From positions 2,306 to 66,305 of the forward strand of contig DASZJD010000080.1 of NCBI GenBank assembly GCA_035948415.1: a stretch of 64,000 bases of DNA, in the 5' to 3' direction. The translations under genes and the position numbers were made by a program. The notes under the pieces were generated by a model, which did no database searches, was not told the DNA's origin, and was given only the letters and a program-made list of their open reading frames with translations. The DNA is from Acidimicrobiia bacterium (GTDB lineage: Bacteria > Actinomycetota > Acidimicrobiia > IMCC26256 > PALSA-555). Below, piece by piece: positions 18,025-26,283 of this stretch; the stretch's first letter is position 1; every line of letters starts with the position of its first letter.

Positions 18025-20085
18025 ATGGGTTACCGGCTCGGCGTCGACGTCGGCGGGACGTTCACCGACCTGCTCTGCGTCACCCCCCAGGGTGAGGTCG
18101 TCTTCGACAAGACGCCCACCACGCCCGACGACCAGTCGACGGGGGTGATGAACGGGCTGCGCCAGCTCGCGGAGCGATTCGGGATGACGCTGTCGCAGCT
18201 GTGCGGCGAGCTGGACATCCTCGTGCACGGCACGACGACCGCCGACAACACCATGATCGAGATGAACGGCGCTCCGACGGGTCTGCTCGTCACCGAGGGC
18301 CACCGCGACGAGATCGAGATGCGGCGCGTCCACAAGGAGGAGATCTGGGACCCCTCCTACCCGGCGCCGCCCCCGATCGCCCGGCGGCGGGCGCGGATCC
18401 CGATCCCCGAGCGGCTGAACTTCCGGGGCGAGGTGATCCGGCCGCTCGACGAGGAGGCGGTCCGGCGGGGGGTTCGGCGCCTGCGCGCACTCGGGGTCCG
18501 CTCGGTGGCAGTCATGTTCCTGTTCTCCTTCGTGAACCCGGCCCACGAGCGCCGGGCGGCCGAGATCGTGCGAGAGGAGTTCCCTGACGTCGAGCACCTC
18601 TCGCTGTCCCACGAGGTGATGGCGCGCGGCCCCGAGTTCGAACGCGTGTCGACGACGCTCGTCAACGCGTACGTCGCGCCCCGGATCGCCAGCTACGTGG
18701 CGAGCCTCCAGGACAAGCTGCGGGCCGCCGGGTACGGCGGCGCCTTGCTCATCATGCAGTCGACGGGTGGGGTCATGCCCCCCGAGTACGTGTCGAAGCG
18801 GGCCGTGACGCTGCTCGCCTCCGGCCCGACCGGCGGGGTCATGGGCGCGGCGCTCGCGGCGTCGCACGTCGGCGTCCACGACTTCGTGGCCGTCGACATG
18901 GGCGGGACGAGCTTCGACGTGTGCCTGGTCCGCGACGGCCAGCCGGAGATCAAGACCGACTGGAACTGGCGGTACCGCTACTACATCGGGCTGCCGATGG
19001 TGGACGTGCAGAGCGTCGGCGCCGGTGGCGGCTCGATCGCCCGGGTGCGCCAAGGCGCGCTGCTCGTCGGGCCCGAGAGCGCGGGCTCGTCGCCCGGGCC
19101 GGTCTGCTACGGGCGCGGCGGGACCCGGCCCACGGTGACCGACGCCGACGCCCTGCTCGGGTACCTGCCGGTCGCCGGGTTCGCCGGGGGCCGCATGCGC
19201 CTCGACGTCGACGGCGCCCGCGCCGCCCTCGGGCGGGAGGTCGCCCATCCGCTCGGCATCGACCCGGTCGAGGCGGCGTGGGGGGTCCAGCGCATCGTGA
19301 ACGCCAACATGGCGAACGCGACTCGTCGGGTGCTGGCCTCGCACGGCGCCGACGCCCGGACGCTGCGGATGATCGCCTACGGCGGCAACGGGCCCGTCCA
19401 CGCCTGGGCCGTGGCGCGCGAGCTCGGCATCGACCACGTGCTGATCCCCCGCGCCGCTCCCGCGTTCTCGGCCCTCGGCGTGCTCGTCGCCGACTACGTG
19501 GTCGACCTGGTCCGCGCGTACGTCGTGCCGCTGTCGCAGGTCGAGCTCGAACGGGTCCGCTCCGCCATGTCGGAGCTGCGCGACGAGGCGGCCAAGGAGC
19601 TGGAGCCGACCGGGCTGGCCGGTGACGACGTCGAGCTCGGCCTGTTCGCGCAGATGGCGTACCCGGGCCAGAACTTCGACATGAGCGTGCCGGTGCCCGA
19701 GGCCGAGGCCCTCGGCGAGGCCGGCCTCCTCGATCTCGCCGAGCGGTTCCACGACGAGCACGAGCGCGACCGCGGCTTCTCGTTCCGAAACCAGCAGCCG
19801 GTGCTGCGCGGCGTCCGGCTGGTGGCCCGGGGCCGCACCCCGAAGCCCGACCACCTGGCCGAGGTGGGGTCGATCGCCCGGTCGGAGTCGGCTCGCCGCG
19901 ACGGCCGCCCGGTCCACTTCGGCGACGGGTTCGTCGATACGCCGGTCTACGACGGGGCCGTGCTCGGCGTCGGCGCCGAGGTCCGCGGGCCCGCGCTCGT
20001 CGAGGAGCCGTTCACCGTCCTCGTCGTGCCCCCCGGCGCTCGCGCCCGCGTCGACGAGCAGGGCAACTACGAGCTCGAGCTGTGA
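18025..20085 (+). CDS. hydantoinase A / oxoprolinase family protein (HyuA-like)
   Basis: Starts at 'MGYRLGVDVGGTFTDLL' inside ORF 17581..20085. 686 aa. Confidence 0.85.
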   Translation: MGYRLGVDVGGTFTDLLCVTPQGEVVFDKTPTTPDDQSTGVMNGLRQLAERFGMTLSQLCGELDILVHGTTTADNTMIEMNGAPTGLLVTEGHRDEIEMRRVHKEEIWDPSYPAPPPIARRRARIPIPERLNFRGEVIRPLDEEAVRRGVRRLRALGVRSVAVMFLFSFVNPAHERRAAEIVREEFPDVEHLSLSHEVMARGPEFERVSTTLVNAYVAPRIASYVASLQDKLRAAGYGGALLIMQSTGGVMPPEYVSKRAVTLLASGPTGGVMGAALAASHVGVHDFVAVDMGGTSFDVCLVRDGQPEIKTDWNWRYRYYIGLPMVDVQSVGAGGGSIARVRQGALLVGPESAGSSPGPVCYGRGGTRPTVTDADALLGYLPVAGFAGGRMRLDVDGARAALGREVAHPLGIDPVEAAWGVQRIVNANMANATRRVLASHGADARTLRMIAYGGNGPVHAWAVARELGIDHVLIPRAAPAFSALGVLVADYVVDLVRAYVVPLSQVELERVRSAMSELRDEAAKELEPTGLAGDDVELGLFAQMAYPGQNFDMSVPVPEAEALGEAGLLDLAERFHDEHERDRGFSFRNQQPVLRGVRLVARGRTPKPDHLAEVGSIARSESARRDGRPVHFGDGFVDTPVYDGAVLGVGAEVRGPALVEEPFTVLVVPPGARARVDEQGNYELEL

Positions 20086-20086
20086 G

Positions 20087-20665
20087 GTGACCGCCGCTGC
20101 GCCCGGCTTCTTCAGCGCCGGGCAGCACGCCGTGGTCGCCGCGGCCTGCGACCGGCTGATCCCGGCGTTGGACCGACACCCGGGTGGCCGGGCGCTCGGC
20201 TGCGCCGACTACATCGACGGCCTGCTCAGCGCCTTCGCGGTCGACCCGCCGCGGGTCTGGGCCGGGGGGCCGTTCTCGGGCCGCGCCGGCGGCGAGGCGG
20301 GCTTCGCCGCCTTCCTCCCGCTGTCCCGGGTCGAGGCGCTGGCCTGGCGGACGCGCGTCGAGGGGTCACGCGGGATCCCGGAGCGCGAGTTCAACGGCCC
20401 CGTGCCGGGCTGGCAGCAGGAGTACCGCGACGGGCTGGCCGCGCTCGGGGCCGACTTCGCGGCGCTCAGCCTCGCCGACCAGGACGCGCGCCTCGACGCG
20501 GCGCCAGGCTTCAAGGCGCTCCTCTACACCCACGCCTGCGAGGGCGCCTACGCCGCCCCGGAGTACGGCGGGAACCGCGACCTCGCGGGCTGGCACGCGA
20601 TCGGCTTCCCCGGCGACGTCCTGCCGCGCGGCTACACCGACGACGAGGTCACCGGCCGTGCGTAG
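20087..20665 (+). CDS. gluconate 2-dehydrogenase subunit-3-like small subunit
   Basis: 192 aa, starting 1 nt after the hyuA stop. 'FFSAGQHAVVAAACDRLIP' and the C-terminal 'APEYGGN' match the small partner of two-component GMC-type dehydrogenases, as I recall the family. Confidence 0.6.
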   Translation: MTAAAPGFFSAGQHAVVAAACDRLIPALDRHPGGRALGCADYIDGLLSAFAVDPPRVWAGGPFSGRAGGEAGFAAFLPLSRVEALAWRTRVEGSRGIPEREFNGPVPGWQQEYRDGLAALGADFAALSLADQDARLDAAPGFKALLYTHACEGAYAAPEYGGNRDLAGWHAIGFPGDVLPRGYTDDEVTGRA

Positions 20666-20695
20666 GCCTCGAGCCTTCGGGGCGACGGCCGGCGT

Positions 20696-22393
20696 GTGAC
20701 CGACGCCGACGCGGTCATCATCGGCTCCGGACCGGCGGGTGCCACGACGGCCGACGTGCTGACCGCCGCGGGCTGGTCGGTGATCATGCTCGAGAAGGGC
20801 CGCAACCACCTGCTGGCGCTCGACCCGCCGTTCGAGCCCCTCGGTCACGTCAGCAACGACGAGCTGAAGCTGCTGTTCCGGCACTTCCTCGGGCCGGACC
20901 CGTTCCTCGAGCCGCGCACCTTCCGCCGCCGCGAGGCCGAGGGCGACCGGCTCGTCGCCGGGGCGGTGAACAACCTGCCGTCGACGGTCGGCGGCGGCGG
21001 CTTCCACGCCGACGGGAAGCTGCCGCGCTTCCGCGACGTGGACTTCCGCGCCCGCTCCGAGCTGGGTCCCGTCGACGGCGCCGACGTCGTCGACTGGCCG
21101 TTCGGCTACGACGAGCTCGAGGCCTACTACGCCGCCGCGGAGCGGGTGGTCGGGGTGGCCGGCGACCACACCGCCAACCCGTTCGCGTCGTGGCGGTCGG
21201 GGCCGTATCCGATGCCGCCGGGACCCGACATGTTCTGCGCCGCGCTGACGTCGGAGGCCGCGACCGGCCTCGGGTACCACCCCTACCGGGCCCCCACGGG
21301 GGTCAACAGCGTCGAGTACGACGGTCGCCCGGCCTGCGTCAACTGCGGCTTCTGCGGGTTCTTCGGGTGCCCGATCGAGGCGAAGGGCGACCCGGTGGCG
21401 CCGCTGCGCCGCGCCCTGCGCACCGGCCGCTGCGAGGTGCGACCCGAGTCCTACGTCACCGAGGTCGTCGTCGACCGCACCGGACGGCGGGCTCGCGGCG
21501 TGCGGTACCTCGACGCCGACGGGGTCGACCGGGAGGTCGCTTCCGACCACGTGGTCGTGGCCGCGGGCGCGTTCGAGACGCCCCGACTGCTCCTGCGCTC
21601 CGAGCTCGGCAACCCCGACGTGGTGGGCCGGTACCTGATGTTCCACTTCCAGACCTACGTGCTCGGCGTGTTCCCGTTCGGGCTCCACGGCCACCGGGGT
21701 CGGTCCGTGACGCACCTCATGGACGACCCGATCGTCCCGGATCGAGCCGCCGAGCACGCGGCCCGGGACGCGGGCCTCCCCTACTTCCGGGGCGGGATCG
21801 TCGAGCACGGCGCGGGCGGGCACCCGATCCTCGAGGCGATCTACCTCCACCCGGGTGCGGTGCACACTCGCCTCATGCTCGAGTCGCCGATGCGCGAGCG
21901 CCTGGCCGCGTTCACGATGCAAGGCGAGGACCTCCCCCAGGCGGCGAACCGCGTGGACCTCGACCCGGTCGTCAAGGACGTCTGGGGCGCGCCGGCGGGC
22001 CGAGTCACGTACGCCGCGCACCGCCACGAGGTCGCGTGCGCCGAGCACTGGGCCCCCCGGCTCGAGGAGGTCATGCGCCGAGCGGGCGCCGAGGCCACGT
22101 TCTGGGTCACCTCCCCGCCGCTCGAGGACGCGCGCGGCCGGGTGGCGCGCGACCCGACGCCGATCTCGCGCCACGTCATGGGAACGGCGCGGCTGGGCGC
22201 GGATCCGCGGACCAGCGTCTGCGACGCGTGGCAGCGGCTGCACGACGTCGACAATGTCGTGATCACCGACTCCTCGGTGTTCCCGACCTCGGCCGGCTAC
22301 GGCCCGACGCTCACGATCGTGGCCTTGGCCATCCGGGCCGCTCGGGCCCTGGCCGGGCTGGACCCGCTCCGCTCCACGCCGCCCCCGACCTAG
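20696..22393 (+). CDS. GMC-family FAD oxidoreductase (large subunit)
   Basis: 'DAVIIGSGPAGATTA' FAD fingerprint and the C-terminal 'HVMGTARLG...NVVITDSSVFPTS' GMC signature. Confidence 0.85.
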   Translation: MTDADAVIIGSGPAGATTADVLTAAGWSVIMLEKGRNHLLALDPPFEPLGHVSNDELKLLFRHFLGPDPFLEPRTFRRREAEGDRLVAGAVNNLPSTVGGGGFHADGKLPRFRDVDFRARSELGPVDGADVVDWPFGYDELEAYYAAAERVVGVAGDHTANPFASWRSGPYPMPPGPDMFCAALTSEAATGLGYHPYRAPTGVNSVEYDGRPACVNCGFCGFFGCPIEAKGDPVAPLRRALRTGRCEVRPESYVTEVVVDRTGRRARGVRYLDADGVDREVASDHVVVAAGAFETPRLLLRSELGNPDVVGRYLMFHFQTYVLGVFPFGLHGHRGRSVTHLMDDPIVPDRAAEHAARDAGLPYFRGGIVEHGAGGHPILEAIYLHPGAVHTRLMLESPMRERLAAFTMQGEDLPQAANRVDLDPVVKDVWGAPAGRVTYAAHRHEVACAEHWAPRLEEVMRRAGAEATFWVTSPPLEDARGRVARDPTPISRHVMGTARLGADPRTSVCDAWQRLHDVDNVVITDSSVFPTSAGYGPTLTIVALAIRAARALAGLDPLRSTPPPT

Positions 22394-22457
22394 GACCGGT
22401 TCCAGCCGCGCGCGTCGCCTGCACGCTCCGGCCGGCGCCGCGGCGCCACGGCGGGTT

Positions 22458-24230
22458 TTGAACTCACCCGCCGCGCCGCCCACAATGGCGCCAGCCGAGA
22501 GCTCCGGCGCGCTGGGCTCGTCGCACGGATCGAATCAGCACGGTCCTAGCACCGCGTCCGAGGAGCCGATGGACCGCACCTCCCTGCAGCCACCGGGTCG
22601 AAGCCCGTGGGACCCGCAGCGGCCGCTCCCGGTGCCGCGCTTCGCCGTGGGCACCGTGGCCGGGCTGGCCGCGGTCGTGGTCATCGCGGCCGCGGTACCC
22701 GACACGATCGCGCAGCCGAGCATCCCGGCCGGTCTCATGCTGCTGGCGGTCGTGCTCGCCGCCATCGTCGGCGGCGTCGCCGCGGGCTGGATCGTGCTCG
22801 TGGCCAGCCTCGGAGCGTTCCTCTACGTCTTCGAGTCGCCCCACGACCAGTTCGCTCGGCACAGCTTCGTCGACTGGGCCGCGATTGGCACCATCGCCGC
22901 CGTCGGGTTTGTGCTCATCGTCGCCGTCGGGACCCTGCGTCGCAGCGCCCGCCTCGCTCGGCTCGGCCAGGCCCGCTTGGACGTGCTCCTGCGGGTGTCC
23001 TCGCACTTCGACGACGACCTCGACCCCGACGCGGCCCTCCGCCAGATCGCCGCCGCCGCCGTGCCGGCGTTCGCCGACCACTCGGTGATCGACCTCCTGG
23101 ACGACCACGGCGGGTTCCGCCGGATCGTCGCCGCCGACCTCGACCCCCTGACCGCCGAGTACGCGGCCAACCTCGAGCGCTACCCACCCGAACCCGGCCG
23201 CGACGACCACCCGTCCTGGCAGGTGGTGCGGACGGGCAAGCCCATGCTCGTCAGCTCGGTCGACGACGCCGTCCGGGTCGCCGTCACGCAGTCGCCGGAG
23301 CACCTCGAGATCATTCGGATGCTGAACCGCCAGTCCCTCCTGATCGTGCCGATCCCAGGCGAGGGACGTCCGATCGGCGCGCTCACGCTGGCCCAACGAG
23401 CCGCGTCTCGCCGCCGGTTCTCGAAGCACGACATCCCGGTGGCGGTCGAGCTCGGCATCCGGGCCGGGAGCGCGCTGCAGAACGCGTTCGCGCACGCGCA
23501 GGTGCGCGACTCGTTCGTCGACATCCAGCGCCAGCTCCTGCCCCGACGGCTCCCGGCCATCGACGGGGTGGAGCTCGGGGCTCGCTACGTGCCCGCCGGC
23601 GCCGCCAGCGAGGTCGGCGGCGACTGGTACGGAATCGTGCCGATCAGCGCCGATCGCGTCGGCCTGGCCGTGGGCGACATGGTGGGGAACGGGCCGATCG
23701 CGACGGCGGCGATGGCGCGGGCCCGGTACGCGCTGCTCGCGCTCGCGCATCGCGGGGCCGAGCCCGAGCGCGTGCTCACGGAGCTGAACCAGCTGCTCTT
23801 CGCGGTCGAGGCCTCCGACATCCTCACCGTCGTCTACGGGATCCTCGACCTCGGGCAGCGTCGCTGGACCGAGGCCCGGGCCGGGCACATGCCGACGCTG
23901 CTGCGCCCGGCGGGATCGGACGCTCGGGTGCTCGATTCGAAGCCCGGGGTCCCGCTCGGGGTGCTCGCCGACGCCCATTACCACCAGGAGGAGCACGAGA
24001 TCGGGCCCGGCTCCATGGTCGTCCTCTACACCGACGGGCTGGTCGAGCGACGCGGCGAGGTCCTCGACGTCGGCATCGAGCGCCTCCGCAGCCGGCTGCG
24101 CGACGTCGGCTCCGACCTGGACGCCGCCTGCGCCGTCATCACGCACGAGCTCGTCGGGGACGTGCCGGAGGACGACGTGGCCCTCCTGATGGCGCGCGTC
24201 GGGGCCGCGTCCGCCGCCCTCGATCGGTAG
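22458..24230 (+). CDS. membrane-anchored GAF + PP2C/SpoIIE-family Ser/Thr phosphatase
   Basis: N-terminal hydrophobic segments, a central GAF-like region, and the C-terminal 'EVGGDWYGIVPI...GLAVGDMVGNG...YTDGLVER'. The start is uncertain. Confidence 0.8.
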   Translation: MNSPAAPPTMAPAESSGALGSSHGSNQHGPSTASEEPMDRTSLQPPGRSPWDPQRPLPVPRFAVGTVAGLAAVVVIAAAVPDTIAQPSIPAGLMLLAVVLAAIVGGVAAGWIVLVASLGAFLYVFESPHDQFARHSFVDWAAIGTIAAVGFVLIVAVGTLRRSARLARLGQARLDVLLRVSSHFDDDLDPDAALRQIAAAAVPAFADHSVIDLLDDHGGFRRIVAADLDPLTAEYAANLERYPPEPGRDDHPSWQVVRTGKPMLVSSVDDAVRVAVTQSPEHLEIIRMLNRQSLLIVPIPGEGRPIGALTLAQRAASRRRFSKHDIPVAVELGIRAGSALQNAFAHAQVRDSFVDIQRQLLPRRLPAIDGVELGARYVPAGAASEVGGDWYGIVPISADRVGLAVGDMVGNGPIATAAMARARYALLALAHRGAEPERVLTELNQLLFAVEASDILTVVYGILDLGQRRWTEARAGHMPTLLRPAGSDARVLDSKPGVPLGVLADAHYHQEEHEIGPGSMVVLYTDGLVERRGEVLDVGIERLRSRLRDVGSDLDAACAVITHELVGDVPEDDVALLMARVGAASAALDR

Positions 24231-24289
24231 CCCCGTGGGCGGCGGCGGCCCGAACCCGGGCCCCGGCCGGCCCCAGTGCCCCGGACCCC

Positions 24290-24338
24290 TTGACTGATGA
24301 CCGGTGGTCATTTATAAGTGACCATTGGTCAGTAAGAT
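24290..24338 (+). promoter_or_regulatory. sigma70-like promoter overlapped by two TGACC-N3-GGTCA palindromes (putative TetR operators)
   Basis: TTGACT (24290-24295), a 17-nt spacer, then TATAAG (24313-24318). Palindromes aTGACCggtGGTCAt (24297-24311) and TGACCattGGTCA (24319-24331) have centres 21 nt apart. AGGAGG at 24351 precedes GTG 24361. Confidence 0.5.
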
Positions 24339-24360
24339 CGGGCGGACGAGAGGAGGCGCC

Positions 24361-25593
24361 GTGTCCGTGATCGACGTCGACCTGGACGAGGTGGACCCGT
24401 TCGGGCTCGAGTGGCGCCAAGCGCCGTGGCCCCTGTACCGACGGTTCCAGGACGAGTCCCCGGTCCACCGGTTCCCGCAGGGCGGGTGGCTCCTGACCCG
24501 GTTCGAGGACTGCAGCGAGGTGCTCCGCGACCGTCGCTTCGGATCGGACCCGTCGAACCTGAACGAGACCGGACGCGCCGCGATCGGCGCCAACGACGTG
24601 TACCAGCCGGGGAGCTCGGTGCTCCTCTTCATCGACCCGCCCGACCACACCCGGATCCGCTCCCTCGTCTCGAAGGCGTTCACGCCGAAGGTCGTGAGCC
24701 GGCTCCGCCCCTGGCTCGAGGGGCTGGTCGACCGGCTGCTCGACGCGCGGGTCGAGCAGGGCGAGCTCGAGGTGCTCGCCGACCTCGGCTACCCGCTGCC
24801 GGCCGAGGTCATCTGCCAGCTGCTCGACGTGCCGCTCCGCGACCGCGACCAGTTCCGCGACTGGTCGGCGGCCGCCTCCCGTCTCCTGGACGGGAACCTC
24901 GAGCCCGCGGCCCAGGAGGCCGGCGTCCTGGCCACGATGCAGCTCTTCGGCTACTTCGCCGAGCTGCTCGAGGACCGCCGGCGCCACCCGGGTGACGATC
25001 TCCTGTCCGGCCTCGTGGCGGCGGAGGAGGAGGGCGACCGGCTGACGCCCGAGGAGCTGCTGACGACGGTCGTGACGCTGTTCGTGGCCGGGTACGAGAC
25101 GACGATGAACCTCATCGGCAACGGCACGCTGGCGCTGCTCGACCACCCGGGCCAGCTGGCCGCGCTCCAGGCCGACCCGTCGCTCGCTCGTCCGGCGACC
25201 GAGGAGGCGCTCCGGTACGAGGGACCGGCCCAGCTCGTCCCTCGCGTCGCGCTGGAGCCGCTGCGGGTCGGCGAGGCCGAGGTCGAGGCGGGCGATTCGG
25301 TCGTGGTCGGGATCGCGGCGGCGAACCGCGACCCCCGCCGGTTCGCCGATCCCGACCGCTTCGACCTGCACCGCGCCGACGCCGGGCACCTGGCCTTCTC
25401 GCTCGGGCCGCACCACTGCCTCGGCGCCGCCCTGGCGCGGCTCGAGGCCGAGGTCGCGTTCGCGGCCATGGCCCGGCGCCTGCCGCAGCTCGAGCTCGCC
25501 GGTGACCGGCCCCGCTTCCGCGCCCACGCCATCCTGCGCGGCCTCGAGGCCCTCCCGGTCCGGTTCACGCCGGGCCCGCGGTCGGCCGAGTGA
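24361..25593 (+). CDS. cytochrome P450
   Basis: 'FSLGPHHCLGAALARLE' heme-thiolate loop and 'AGYETT' I-helix. Start at GTG 24361 with an AGGAGG RBS. Confidence 0.9.
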   Translation: MSVIDVDLDEVDPFGLEWRQAPWPLYRRFQDESPVHRFPQGGWLLTRFEDCSEVLRDRRFGSDPSNLNETGRAAIGANDVYQPGSSVLLFIDPPDHTRIRSLVSKAFTPKVVSRLRPWLEGLVDRLLDARVEQGELEVLADLGYPLPAEVICQLLDVPLRDRDQFRDWSAAASRLLDGNLEPAAQEAGVLATMQLFGYFAELLEDRRRHPGDDLLSGLVAAEEEGDRLTPEELLTTVVTLFVAGYETTMNLIGNGTLALLDHPGQLAALQADPSLARPATEEALRYEGPAQLVPRVALEPLRVGEAEVEAGDSVVVGIAAANRDPRRFADPDRFDLHRADAGHLAFSLGPHHCLGAALARLEAEVAFAAMARRLPQLELAGDRPRFRAHAILRGLEALPVRFTPGPRSAE

Positions 25594-26201
25594 CCGAGGT
25601 CGCGGCACCGCGCTGGCAGCGCCGGCCCGAGGCGCGCCGGGACGAGCTCCTCGACGCCGCCCAGCGGCTCTTCACCCGGCACGGCCTGGCCCAGACCAGC
25701 GTCGCCGACATCGCCGCCGAGGCGGGCGTCGCCAAGGGCAGCGTCTACCGGTACTTCGAGAGCAAGGAGGCGCTCCTGAGCGCGCTGAAGGACCGGTTCT
25801 TCGAGCGCATGATGGAGCGGGTCACGGCCGTGGTCGCGGCGATGCCGGACGCCGGCTTCTTCGAGCTGGCCGACGCCGCGATCGACGCCACCACCCGGCT
25901 GCTGTTCGCGGAGGCCGACCTCGTCGAGCTGTGGTCCCAGGGCACGGCGCCGGAGCGCGGCGACGAGTTCGCGCGCGGGATCGCCCTCCTGGCAAGCACC
26001 TACGAAGCGGGTATCCGGGATGCCGTCGCCGACGGGCGCGTCGACTGCGCCGACCCGCGGACCACCTCGCTCCTGCTCGTGTACGCGGTGCAGGGCACCG
26101 CGACCCACGCCATCCTGAACGGCGGGGGTCCCACGCCCGACGAGGTCATCGCCGCCGCGCAGACCATGACCCGACGGGTGCTCGGGCCGCCCGCCCGCTG
26201 A
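25590..26201 (+). CDS. TetR-family transcriptional regulator
   Basis: 'TSVADIAAEAGVAKGSVYRYFESKEALL' HTH. GTGA overlap with the P450 stop. Confidence 0.85.
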   Translation: MTEVAAPRWQRRPEARRDELLDAAQRLFTRHGLAQTSVADIAAEAGVAKGSVYRYFESKEALLSALKDRFFERMMERVTAVVAAMPDAGFFELADAAIDATTRLLFAEADLVELWSQGTAPERGDEFARGIALLASTYEAGIRDAVADGRVDCADPRTTSLLLVYAVQGTATHAILNGGGPTPDEVIAAAQTMTRRVLGPPAR

Positions 26202-26283
26202 GCCGCCCTCGCTGAGCGCCCGGCGCGGCGTCCACCGGGCGCGATCGGCTCGCCCCGCCGCAGGTGCCCACCGCATCGACTCG

